64,000 bases of DNA. Origin: Selaginella moellendorffii (Eukaryota > Plantae > Lycopodiophyta). Below, in pieces: positions 1-10,757 of this stretch. Positions within the stretch are counted from its first letter, which is position 1; every line of letters starts with the position of its first letter. Location of the stretch: contig NW_003314281.1 of NCBI RefSeq assembly GCF_000143415.4, forward strand, positions 2,085,882-2,149,881. Direction: 5' to 3'. A model generated the notes under the pieces. The model was not told the DNA's origin. It searched no databases and worked only from the letters and a program-made list of their open reading frames with translations. The position numbers and the translations under genes were made by a program.

Positions 1-1827
1 TGGCTTTGGAGAAGGCGCTCTGGAGCCTGATCTGCTGCTTGCCGGAGACTGCGACTTGGGAGTGGCACTGTCCTCGGCCACCGAGAGCCTCCGCAACCAT
101 TTGACAGCTTTGAGGGGCTCCGCCTCCAGCGTCTTGGACTGCGACATGAGAAGCGTTGTGAACCACAACACGCTGGCTTTGGGCTGCCTCTTCAAGTCCA
201 GGTCCTCTTGGTCCACGAAGAACAGGCCGAACTTCTTGGTGTAGCCCTGCGACCACTCGAAGTTGTCCACCAGCGACCACACAAAGTATCCCCGGACGTC
301 CGCACCCTTCCGCATTGCTCTCACCACCGCGGCCATGTAGCCTTGGTGGTACCTGATGCGCTTCGTGTCATGCAAGCGCTCGGGCAGCGGGATTGTTTTG
401 TCGTCCTGGTCGTCCATGCCGTTTTCGGTGATAAAGATTGGTGGCCGGTTGTACCTGTCGGTTATCCAGTTGAGGAACTTCTCCATCCCCCACGGAACCA
501 TGTAGAGCCACTCTGAAGCCGCTCGCTCTCCAATCGGCACCCCCATCTTGCTCTCCGTGGCAGTCACGACGGCCTGGTCGGTGAAGTAATTCACCGGTGT
601 TGTAACTTTGGGAGCTGGAGCAGCCTTGACGTACCGGGACGTGTAGTGATTAATTCCAATGTAGTCGAGTGAGCGTCGCAAGCTCGATATCTCTTCGGCA
701 GTGAACCTCGGCAACCTGTCCCCAACGTTCTGTCTCATGCACTCCGGATAGTCACCGAAGAAAATGGGATCTAGAAGCCAGCCAAGCTGAAACTCGATAC
801 GTCGCTGCGCGGCCTGCTGGTCCTCAGGGGACTCCGTGAAAGGCTCGGACCACTCGCCATCGCAAGCCAGACCAATCACACCACCTTGCTCGGACTGGAA
901 CTTTTTCCTGTATATTTCCACAGCTGCAGCGTGAGCCAGGAGCGCGTGGTGAACCGCAAGATATGGTTCCACCGCTGAATCACCGGCTGGAGACCTGGAC
1001 TTGTCCGAGCACCTTCCAGGAGCATGGACGCCTGTCCCGTAACCGTTGACGCAAAACTGTGCCGGCTCGTTCAGCGTGATCCACTTCTTCACCCTGTTCC
1101 CAAATCTTGCAAAGCAAATCTCTGCGTAGCCTGCAAAGTAGTCCACCACTCGAGGATTTATCCAGCCTCCCACAATTGGTGCATCGTCGTGGATTCTCTG
1201 CGGAAGATCCCAATGGTAGAGTGTAACAAACGGCTCCAATCCTTTGCTGAGAAGCTTGTCAATGAGATGGTTGTAGTACTCCACACCTTTCTCATTCACG
1301 GAGCAGGAAGTGCCACCCATTCCGTCTGGGATGATCCGAGACCAGGAAATTGAAAACCTGTACGCGTTCATACCCATCTCGGACATCAAGTTGACGTCTT
1401 CCTTGTACTTGTGATACTGGTCCACTGACTTGTAGCCATTGCGACCGTCAGCAATCCGTCCAGGTACGTTGCAGAAAACATCCCAGATGGACAGTCCTCG
1501 GCCACCTTTTTTCGAAGCTCCTTCCACTTGATACGCGGACGTTGCAGTCCCGAAGGTAAAATCGTCCGGGAAATCCACGCGACGGACCTCATCGTATTCA
1601 GCAACAATTCCAGGAGGCCCGCCTTCGCTGCTGCTTGATGGTGACGGGGAGTTCACGTCCAGGATCAGGGAACGACGAGCTGAAGAACTCATCCACACCT
1701 GTTCAAGGGTCTGAATTCCTCCAGAAGAACCAGCATCATCTTCGTGTGTTGCGGCATTGTCGGAGGCTTGATGGACGTCATCCGCTGGACTACCGGGGTC
1801 ATCCTCTGTTGCTTCCTGTTCCTCCAT
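1..1827 (-). CDS. Glycoside hydrolase family 1 beta-glucosidase, intronless in the visible part; 3' end runs off the window
   Basis: Manual translation from ATG 1827 gives MEEQEATEDDPGSP...RRVDFPDDFTFGTATSAYQVEG...ITLNEP...PIFITENG...GYFVWSLVDNFEWSQGYTKKFGL. Both catalytic Glu motifs (TLNEP, ITENG) are present. The ORF track omits it, presumably because there is no stop in the window. Confidence 0.93.
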   Translation of the reverse strand, partial: MEEQEATEDDPGSPADDVHQASDNAATHEDDAGSSGGIQTLEQVWMSSSARRSLILDVNSPSPSSSSEGGPPGIVAEYDEVRRVDFPDDFTFGTATSAYQVEGASKKGGRGLSIWDVFCNVPGRIADGRNGYKSVDQYHKYKEDVNLMSEMGMNAYRFSISWSRIIPDGMGGTSCSVNEKGVEYYNHLIDKLLSKGLEPFVTLYHWDLPQRIHDDAPIVGGWINPRVVDYFAGYAEICFARFGNRVKKWITLNEPAQFCVNGYGTGVHAPGRCSDKSRSPAGDSAVEPYLAVHHALLAHAAAVEIYRKKFQSEQGGVIGLACDGEWSEPFTESPEDQQAAQRRIEFQLGWLLDPIFFGDYPECMRQNVGDRLPRFTAEEISSLRRSLDYIGINHYTSRYVKAAPAPKVTTPVNYFTDQAVVTATESKMGVPIGERAASEWLYMVPWGMEKFLNWITDRYNRPPIFITENGMDDQDDKTIPLPERLHDTKRIRYHQGYMAAVVRAMRKGADVRGYFVWSLVDNFEWSQGYTKKFGLFFVDQEDLDLKRQPKASVLWFTTLLMSQSKTLEAEPLKAVKWLRRLSVAEDSATPKSQSPASSRSGSRAPSPKP

Positions 1828-1936
1828 CTATCTAGCTCCAAAATTGTAACTGAATTTTGCGCGCGGACGCAAAAATATGGATTTCGCGCGACGACGTCAT
1901 GTGTCACCGGCTCGAATCCTGACAGTGCCACTTTCA

Positions 1937-4288
1937 CTAGAGTCTCGGAACTGGAGCAATACACTCGTACAGTCGTCCCATCCGAGCAGTTATCAAGAGC
2001 TTGTAGTGTGTGTCCAAATTCGGCTTTGCAAGGTCCAATACATCCTCCCGCAAGCTGCACACAACCGTTGAATCAATACAGCTTCGTTCGAATTTAAGCT
2101 ACTTACCTGAACCATTCAGCCTTAGAGATGCCATTCTTAGAGAGGGCACGGTACAGCCTGTCAAGGGCATAGAGCAGCATTCCATACTGCCACAACGCTT
2201 GGCTTTCCTGAAAGAACAGCAGAATCATACAAAGGAAACGAAAAAATGCATACCTCGTTTTTATCTTTAAAAAGCTGGTATTGAATCACTGCTCTTTCGG
2301 CTTCAGCGACGAGCATTCTCCTCCGAAGCTGCGCCTTACGCCCCCTACCTTCTGCACCTTTAGACTGTAAAACGTGTTAGTGAAACAAATGTCCAGATAA
2401 GTGGCCGATACCTTGGAAAGTGAAACCCGAATCAAATATCCTAGGAAAACCGCGAAAATTACAGCAGGAAAAGCAGCCAAAATCGCAAAGTTAATCTCGT
2501 TGGCTCGCAGTATTTGATTTAGTTCCAGCATCGCACTGCGGAACACAAAAGTGAAAAGGAATATTCTATATCAACTGCAAAAGCTTACGCACGTTTCAAT
2601 GTCAAGTTTTAGCTTCTGAACTTGAATCAGCAACGCCCTCGCAAGTTCTCCACCAAGAAGGCTCTGAAGCGGGTGTGTCAACTCCTTTTCATATCTGAAA
2701 ACAGAGAACAGTGAAGGAGCGACAACTTTAAACCAGACCTGCTCATCATTATCTCCATCATTTGTTGCTCTGTCGCATCGCTAGGAAGATGACCACCGCT
2801 TGTTTGCTCCGCAAATGCCTTCAACATCCTGCAGAGACATAAGAACAAATAACACAAAATAGGAATAGTGGAAAAGAAAAGAAAATTAACAAAACCTGCT
2901 CAAAGATGCTGCAGTTAATCGAACGTCTCCTACTTCCGCTGATCCTTGGTGACGCTTTCGAAATGTTTCAAAGAGATCGTCCCTGATAGACAAGAGCTGG
3001 AAACATTCCTGATTAGGAGTGTCTGTTACTAATCGCGAGCAAAATTTACCGGTTCCTCAACGTGCTCTTGGTAGAAATCTTTAATGGCCTCTGCACCTTG
3101 TCGGATCCAGTTGTCAAGGTCGTCACTACCAGCTAGCCGGCTATGTTTTCCAATCCACCCGGAAATAACAACGAACGCTAAAGCAGTGACAGAATAATGA
3201 ATCCAAAATCTAGTTATCTTCTTGGGCCTCTCATATAAAGGCAACTGCACAATTAAGCTAGTCAGGAAGTACAAGTAACGAGGCATCTTACCAGGAACGC
3301 CATGCACTCTTTGATGTTGCTGAGATTTGCACGTAAGCACCGAACGACCATCCCAATTTCTTCGTCCGTCCAATCTCGTTTGGACATGATTTCTTTCGGT
3401 ACTTCAGCGACATGCAGGCGGGCCTTCACGTCCTTGGAAGTGTTTGGACCATAGTAGGCACTCTACACGTGAAAAACAAATTAAACCATGGATTGATTAG
3501 CACAACTTTACTTACAGGAGGTAAATCGTAATTTCTTTCGAGCTTGATCATTGCATCGTAGACATTTGTCAAAGCAGCACACAAAGACTGCCTTCCTTGG
3601 TGGTCACCCAGTTTGTCCACTTCGTGGTACACCTGATCAGAAATGCAGGAAACTGAAAAAAGAACTTCTCTTGACGGAGTGTAATACCTGAGCAAGCAGT
3701 ACTGCAAGCTGCTCCTGAATGATTCTAAGCATCGTCATCCTCTCGGTAATTCGACATGACGCATCATACACCAGCTTTTGAGTCGCAGAGCCTTCGGAGA
3801 TTAAAGCACGAACCATACAGGCCAAGCCTTCCACAAAGGCGTGAGGACCTCTCTCCAAGACCATGAATCGAATTCTCATCATGTCAGATCCCTGTGACAA
3901 AATTCTCATCAATCGCAGGGAAAGAAAAAGAAGAAAAACGAAAACACCACACCTGTTGACGAGCACGCCAGAATTGGAAGTTAATCTGGATGTCGTGAAG
4001 CAGCAGTAGCAGCTCCATTGAAATGTCTCGAAATGCTTCCATGACGGCATCGATGACTTCCATCCGCTCTCTGGAATTCATCTCTCAGTTGCCTTCTACT
4101 GCTAGAAATTTCACTTACTGTGTAGGAGGAGGCCAAGAAGAAGGCAGCAGCAGCGGCAAGCCATCGCGCTCCTTCTTCCTTCTCGCGAAGATCTTGCGCG
4201 TCAATGCCGATGCCGCCAGAATCCGGCTCCTGTCCGCGACATCCTTGGCATGGCCCTGGATCCACAGCAGCGCCTCCGTCACGTTCAT
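1937..4288 (-). CDS. DGS1: DGS1 / NCA2-family mitochondrial protein (multi-exon)
   Basis: Exon peptides RFMVLERGPHAF, LPLYERPKKITRFW, AMLELNQILRANEINFAILAAFPA and GAEGRGRKAQLRRRML match my recollection of plant DGS1. ATG at 4288; last exon ends LYECIAPVPRL* at 1937; short GT-AG introns. Confidence 0.85.
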
Positions 4289-4294
4289 CTCTCC

Positions 4295-4308
4295 AAACCC
4301 TAGGGTTT
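4295..4308. promoter_or_regulatory. Palindromic double telo-box (AAACCCTAGGGTTT) between divergent DGS1 and PPR start codons
   Basis: Two overlapping, oppositely oriented AAACCCTA telo-box motifs lie in the 42-bp gap between ATG 4288(-) and ATG 4331(+). Confidence 0.5.
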
Positions 4309-4330
4309 TAACGTATGGCCCTTTCTTTTC

Positions 4331-7084
4331 ATGATCCCGGTGCTCAAACGCATCGAGATCACATCCAGTGAGGCCGATCGCAAGCTCGCAGCATCGCTCC
4401 TCAAGAAATTCGCGGCCGCTAGATCTCTCGAGGATGGAAGAGAGCTCCACGGCCGGATTGCGAGGGCGGGGCGCGACGGAGATACATTTCTTGGCAATCT
4501 CCTGGTGCAACTGTATAGCCGATGCGGCACGATCGACGAGGCCCGGGCGGCCTTCGATCGGATCCACCGCAAGAACATCTTCTCCTGGAACTCGGTCATC
4601 GGCGCGCATTGCCAGGGCCGGGATCTGCCCGGCGCGGAGATTGTGCTGCGCAAGATGCCGCAAAGCGATTGCTACTCGTGGACGATCTTGCTTGCGTCCC
4701 ACGCGGATTGTGGAGATTTGGCAGCGGCAAATCGCGTGCTGGATGAAATGCCCGAGATAAACCCTATCGCTCTCACCGCTCTCTTGAATGCCAATGCCCG
4801 CGCAGGGCATATCGAGGTAGCCATAGCCGCATTCGAATATATGCGTGGGCGGGATGTGACCACATACAATGCCATGCTTGCCGCATATTCTTGGAATCAA
4901 GAGCATGAGTGTATGTGGGATTCTTTTCAAAGGATGCCATTTTGGGACTTGGTATCTTTAAATACGGCACTTGCCGCTTTAGGGCATTTGGAGAGCGCGA
5001 AGCAATTCTTTGATTCCATGCCACAGAGGGACATTTTCTCCTGGAATTCGATCGTCCAAGCTTGTGTTGAGGACGATATCGCCGATTTGGCTGCCTTGGT
5101 GTTTAATCGGATGCCAAATCGAAGCCTTGTCTCGTGGAATTCTTTGATTCAAGTTCGCATCCAGCAAACCCAATGCGCTCGCGCATTGGAATTGCTAGAA
5201 GAAGCGCCTGAATTTGACGTTTTCACTTGTAATCTAGCGATCCAAACCTACACTGGATTGGGCGAAATCCAATTCGCCAGGGAATTTTTTGATTCCATGG
5301 ATCAAAGAGACATAGTAACTTGGGCAACGATGCTCGTCGCCCATTCCCAGCATGGGGATTTGCCCCAAGCCAATAGTGTGTACGAGAATATGCCACAGCA
5401 CAATGCCGTGGCTGGAACGGCAATGCTGGTAGCATACTCCAACACCTCAAATCTCCCAAGTGCGATTCACATCTTTAAAAAAATGCCCGAGCTTGACATC
5501 TTTGCGTGGAATGCTATGCTTGTGGCATATGCCGCGTCTGGTAATATTTCTTCCCTTGAGAAATTCTTGAACAAAATGCCCATGCTGGATATATGTTCCT
5601 GGAACTCGACCTTGCAAGCGTACGGCTGGTACGGCTACCTGGGAAAGGCAAAGTCTGTGTTCGATTCTATGCCCCAGCGGGATTTGATCACGTGGAACTC
5701 TATGATTGCGGGATATACCCAAGCTAGGGAATGGAATCTGGCACTGATGTTGTTTGGTAGTATGGACCAAGAGGGAATCAGCCCAGATACGGCCACCTAT
5801 TCCAGCGTTTTTTATGCCTGTGGAGAGCATGGGGCTGTTACACAGGGCAGAATCCTCCATTCTTTACTGGAAGAAGCGCCAGATCGCGAAATTTTAGAAA
5901 GCTTGGCCATATCTGCAGCACTTGTAAGCATGTATGGAAAATGTGGCTGCCTTGACGAGGCCAGACAGAAGCTGTTTGGGGAGTATCCCGGGAATCGAGA
6001 CCGGAACTGGTGGAACTCGATGCTAACAGCATATGCCCGGAATGGGCATCACAGGGAGGTCGTACGGCTCTTCAGGGCCATGGACGTGGAAGGCGTGGGG
6101 CCGGACGATCGCAGCCACGTGGCCGCCATCGACGCGGCCGCCAGCCTCGCGGACCTGGAGCTGGGCAAGACAATCCACAGGAGCCTCATGGAAGAAATCC
6201 AAACTTTCAATCTCGCCACCAACGAAACCGTGATGAACACCGCGCTGCTCAACCTCTACGGGAGCTGCGGAGAGGTCGTCTCCGCGAGGGGGATATTCGA
6301 CTCCATGCCGGACAAAGATACCCCGGCTTGGAACTCGATAATCTCCCAGACCGGGACGCGAGACCCAAAACTCGCGATCCATCTCTTCCGGGAGATGGAT
6401 TTGCAAGGTTTCAATCCGGACGAGGTCACCTTCGCCAAGATCCTCGACGTTTGTAGCACCGCCACCACCGAGCTCTCGCTAAGCAGCCTCCAATGCATCA
6501 TCCACGACGCCCCCGCGATTCGAAACGCGCACCTCTCCACGTCGCTGGTCGCCATGTACGCGCGCTGCGGCAGGCTCGACGACGCGCTCGCGCTCTTCCA
6601 CAAGATGCCCTCCCGCGACACGGTATCCTGGAACGCGATGCTCTCGGCATATTCCCTTTCCTCCGCCACCTTTGATGCCCTCCTCCGCGCCTTCGCGGCC
6701 ATGCAGCTCGACGGCGTGCCGCCCGACGGCGTCACCTTCGTCACCCTCCTGGCGGCGTGCAGCCACGCGGGCGATCTCCAGCGCGGTGCCGCGTGCTTTG
6801 CGGCCATGGCGGAGCTGTACGGCGTGGCGCCCGGTGCCGGCCACTACGCGTGCCTGGCGGACCTCCTCTCCCGGCTGGGCCAGCTCGAGCGCGCTGAGAA
6901 CGTCATCCACGCCATGCCGTACGAGCCCGGCCCGGCGGCGTGGACGTCCGTGCTCGGCGCGTGTGGCAGCCACGGTACCGCCGACCGCGCGAGAGATGCC
7001 GCGCGGTATGCCCTCGACGCCGAGCCGCGCGGCTCGTCTTCTTATGTGCTGCTCTCCAATGTCTTGGGGAGCGTTCCAGGGTGA
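4331..7084 (+). CDS. PLS-class pentatricopeptide repeat protein with a truncated E domain and no DYW domain (organellar RNA editing factor type), 917 aa, intronless
   Basis: Many 31-35 aa repeats (FDSMPQRDIFSWNS, LVSMYGKCGCLDEA) and a C-terminal HYACLADLLSRLGQLERA...WTSVLGAC...YVLLSN E-domain signature. Confidence 0.93.
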   Translation: MIPVLKRIEITSSEADRKLAASLLKKFAAARSLEDGRELHGRIARAGRDGDTFLGNLLVQLYSRCGTIDEARAAFDRIHRKNIFSWNSVIGAHCQGRDLPGAEIVLRKMPQSDCYSWTILLASHADCGDLAAANRVLDEMPEINPIALTALLNANARAGHIEVAIAAFEYMRGRDVTTYNAMLAAYSWNQEHECMWDSFQRMPFWDLVSLNTALAALGHLESAKQFFDSMPQRDIFSWNSIVQACVEDDIADLAALVFNRMPNRSLVSWNSLIQVRIQQTQCARALELLEEAPEFDVFTCNLAIQTYTGLGEIQFAREFFDSMDQRDIVTWATMLVAHSQHGDLPQANSVYENMPQHNAVAGTAMLVAYSNTSNLPSAIHIFKKMPELDIFAWNAMLVAYAASGNISSLEKFLNKMPMLDICSWNSTLQAYGWYGYLGKAKSVFDSMPQRDLITWNSMIAGYTQAREWNLALMLFGSMDQEGISPDTATYSSVFYACGEHGAVTQGRILHSLLEEAPDREILESLAISAALVSMYGKCGCLDEARQKLFGEYPGNRDRNWWNSMLTAYARNGHHREVVRLFRAMDVEGVGPDDRSHVAAIDAAASLADLELGKTIHRSLMEEIQTFNLATNETVMNTALLNLYGSCGEVVSARGIFDSMPDKDTPAWNSIISQTGTRDPKLAIHLFREMDLQGFNPDEVTFAKILDVCSTATTELSLSSLQCIIHDAPAIRNAHLSTSLVAMYARCGRLDDALALFHKMPSRDTVSWNAMLSAYSLSSATFDALLRAFAAMQLDGVPPDGVTFVTLLAACSHAGDLQRGAACFAAMAELYGVAPGAGHYACLADLLSRLGQLERAENVIHAMPYEPGPAAWTSVLGACGSHGTADRARDAARYALDAEPRGSSSYVLLSNVLGSVPG

Positions 7085-7185
7085 AAAAGTTTTATTTCTT
7101 CTTGCGTGTGCCTGTATTGATCATGAGCTACAAAGAAATTTTGTATAGAAGTAACAAACCGCCACGCATTTTTACACTTGGGACG

Positions 7186-8430
7186 CTAGGACGAGATTAT
7201 CTTTCGGAGGATCTTTCCGGAGTACTTGAAGGACTTGGCGGTCTCTTTCAAGCACCGATCTTTGTCCTCGCGGCTCCATTCCTGATAGATTAAAGTTGTG
7301 AGCGAGCACAGCCTTTAGCTCTCGCCATTTTGATAGTTACCTCTGATATTCTGTTGATCTTATCCCTCACCGCATTCAAAAGCTTGGGAAGCTCGCCTTT
7401 CCACTTGTAAAACTCGAGCTCTCTCCCGTCCAAAATCTCGTCCGCGACCTGAGTTAAATCCCGCGCTCCATATCAAGACGGGAAAGAAACGAGAACTTCA
7501 AGAGTCTTACCTTCTTTCCAATGAATCGGCCACCGGCAGTGTGAGCGAAGTAATAGTTGTAGAAGTGACAGATAAAAGCGGGCGGGTCCTCCTCGGCAAT
7601 CGTCTCCAAGAACTCTGCGTAGGATTTCCCATCCAAGCTCGGCTCCGGAAGCTCGTGACCCTGCTCTTGAAACCATTCCAAATCTTTCGCCAGAGCCTCC
7701 GATCTCTCTAGTCCCGTATCCTGGAACTCGGTATCTACACAGTGATCGGAGGAAAAACAAAAGAAACTGGATAAGTCATCATCTTCAAGAACAAACAAGC
7801 TCAAACGAGAAAGAAAAAACAAACAAACTGGATAAGTCATCATCTTCAAGAACAAACAAGCTCAAAAGAGAAAGAAAAAACAAACAAACTGGATCAGTCA
7901 TCATCTTCAAGAACAGCCAAGCTCAAAACCAGAAGAAGAAAAGGAGAAGAGAACTTACAAAACGAATGCGATGCTCTACGAACGAGCGCCTCTAGAACCT
8001 CGTAGATGAGCTTGTTATCCACCAAGAACTGGAGATAGCCTTGGATGGTCGGCTTCCAGCTCCCAACCGGCTGCACGTCGGCCTCCTTCCCGCCTTCCTT
8101 GGCCTGATCCTTGGTATGGAGCTTCATTGCGACAAACCTCATCTCCTCCACAAACCCTTTCCTCTCGCCTGGCCGCTTGGGACGAAGCTCCGGGCTCTCG
8201 GACAGCGTCGTCGATGCAAACACTCGAATGCCGCTGCTGGATTGATTCCTGCCCGCCATTCTCTGCAATCCCGCGCTCGAAATCTTCGCGCTTCTAGCCA
8301 GGAACTCTGCCGCCTTGGAGAAAGAGCAGGAAGAGCACTGGGAGAAGGGCGAGACCTCTTGCTTGCATCGTCGGAGACTAGGCCGCGGTAGCGTGCTTCC
8401 AATCGACGCCGTGGACGCCGCCATCGCCAT
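7186..8430 (-). CDS. HO1: Plastid heme oxygenase 1 (HY1-like), 4 exons
   Basis: Ser/Arg-rich transit peptide, then [91 protein letters not shown] stop at 7186-7188. Confidence 0.93.
7764..7945. repeat. 61-bp tandem repeat, ~3 copies, in heme oxygenase intron 1
   Basis: Unit aaactggataagtcatcatcttcaagaacaaacaagctcaaa... starts at 7764, 7825 and 7886, inside intron 7735-7958. Confidence 0.9.
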
Positions 8431-8557
8431 CGCTTGCTTGCAGCTTTGCTCTAGCCCTCCAAAATAAAATAAAAATCAACGGTGGAATGTGGATATAGCT
8501 AAGGGCCCCGATTTGTCCACGTGGATCTCGTTATGCTTTCGTTTTTAGGGTTCTTTC

Positions 8558-10672
8558 ATGGTGGACGCTGCCGAGCGAATGTGGAGTGTCGCGTCCACGG
8601 ATCGAGGAATGCAAGCTTCCGAGAGAGAATTGGTAGGAGATATCCACAGCTAAGTAATGATCGAGGCTCTCATCGGTGTTTTCTTGGTGTTTTCTCTTGG
8701 GCAGTCGGATGCCAAGGCCATTGTGATCAATGAGCTCCTTGTTGACAAGCTTAAGCTCCTCAAATACGATCACATATTTTGCCAGACGAGGTAAGCCATC
8801 AAAGGTTTCCTCTTCGTGACTCGTTTTTCTTTTTTTTCTTTCAAAACTTTGATTCGTTTTTCCTTGTCTGGATTTCTAGGACTCCACCATGGGAGAGATT
8901 GCACAGATTTTATTTCGCTGTGTCTTCACCCAATCGCAACGACCAGTTTATGTACTTCGCAAGCCTTGTGAGTTTTTTCTTTCGTTTGTCATTGTTTCAT
9001 TTAGCTCGTTTGATTTTGTTGGTGAAGGTAGCGTGGCTATATAGTTTGATCGGTGTTCCATTTCCTGCACCTTCTGACAACGATGATCTTAATCCCATCT
9101 GTTCGAACATTGGTAACCATCTTCTTATGATGGAGAAAATAATCCTTCTGTGAGCTTTGCAGTCTTGCAGCTGCGAGAAGTTGGATTTGCACCTCCATCT
9201 TGGTCTCCCTCAAAATTGAAGCAGGTAATACCACTTTGTATTTTGTATCCTTTTCGTAAACGAGAAAGCCACCAGGGACACGGCGATGCGGTGTGCAGCG
9301 TGCTTGACAGCCTTGTCGATCTTGTTCTGGAAATTAAAAATTTCCAGTTTGCTGTTCCAATGTATACAGACTTGTAAGTGCAGCATTCCCAATTTTAAGC
9401 TTTTGTGTGTGTTTTTATTTTGTTTTTTCAGGGGAAAGGCAATTGTGGTTGATGAAATAGGAAGCGAAGCAGCCGATGAGGTAATATTGACTTCTACTTC
9501 TTTTTCCTTTGACGTTGTTTTCTTACAGTTGTGTGTGTCCAAGCCTTCGAAACCAAACGAAGCAGCAAGCAGTGTGTTTCCAGACTTGTAAGTTTCTTTA
9601 AGTTTCCTTGACGTCCTTTCATCTTATTAACCTCGATCATCAGACTTACGGAATCTACATCCACGTCAAAGATTGATCCAAATCACTGGAAAATGGATCT
9701 TGAGCGCTTGGCACCTCAACTTTCTCTTCCATTGGTCAGTTCTTGTTTATTGTATGTAGTTCGAGCTTTATCTTCGTCGTGTGCCTGCTTGCTCTAGGTG
9801 CCTGACGGCAAGGAATGGCGAACACATTTGGAGCAAGCCCAGCAACTACATGCGGTTCGATGCTTAAGTCTCGTGCTCTATTTCGTAACATGTCTGATCC
9901 CTGCAGGGAATTTCTAAGCAATTAGTGAGCAATAATGCCGAGCTAGAACGGTAAGGTAAAGAATTGATGCAGCACAAAACTCTGGATCGTGATACGTTGT
10001 TTAGTGCCACGCAGGGTGGAAGGAAATATCTCCTCTACACTGGAGAAACTGCAAAGCCGTGAGAAGTTCATCAACTCCCAGATCGAACCTCTGGTAAGCG
10101 CCTGCTGAAGTGAATGAAAAGTTTAAAGCTTTGATTTCCAGACAACTGAGTACTCAGCTGTGAAGAGGAGACTCAGCGAAGCTCAACAGGTTAGTGTAAA
10201 ATAAGTTCGTAGTTTTGAACCATCTAAGCTGTTTCCAACTTACAGAAGTACGGCAATAGCCTTGACAATGTTACGGAGCTCACAAACGAAATAGCACACA
10301 TTTCTGAGCAAATCGAGCAAGTCAAGGTAGAAAGGTTTTCTTTTTCTGCTCTCAGTTTCATGTTCTGGAGCTTTCAACTTTCAGCAAATGACAGTGGACA
10401 AAGGCAACATGATATCCGACGTCTCTCCCCTCTTGCAAATCAAAAGCGCCATTCAAAGGCTCAAGGTCCCTCCTGCTAAAATCCTTCGTTAAATCTCACA
10501 AACGTCCACAGGCGGAGCTCAAGGAAATGGAAGTCCGAATAGGAGTTTTACAGCACAGGCTCCTCCATGTATAACACCAAGAACAAACCATCCAAAAGTT
10601 CTAACGCGAGTTTCTGTTTCTCAGGTTAGCCTGAAGCAAGCCAGGAAAGGACATGTCTTAGCACCCTTTTGA
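8558..10672 (+). CDS. IFT57: Intraflagellar transport protein 57 (HIPPI), multi-exon
   Basis: Exon peptides LLVDKLKLLKYD, HRFYFAVSSPNRNDQFMYFASLVAWL, SPSKLKQGHGDAVCSVLDSL, WKMDLERLAPQL, LEKLQSREKFINSQ and DVSPLLQIKSAIQRLKAELKEMEVRIGVLQH are typical of IFT57. The start codon is inferred; stop TGA at 10670-10672. Confidence 0.88.
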
Positions 10673-10757
10673 CGGTAATGTGATCACACTAACGCGATGG
10701 ATATTTACAAGAGATGGCCGTCTGTATGATACAGAATATCGACAACGTTGCTGTACA

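Noticed and set aside
56-7293. Many overlapping or antisense ORFs over the BGLU and PPR genes
   Set aside because: Shadow ORFs of GC-rich coding sequence with no recognisable motifs.
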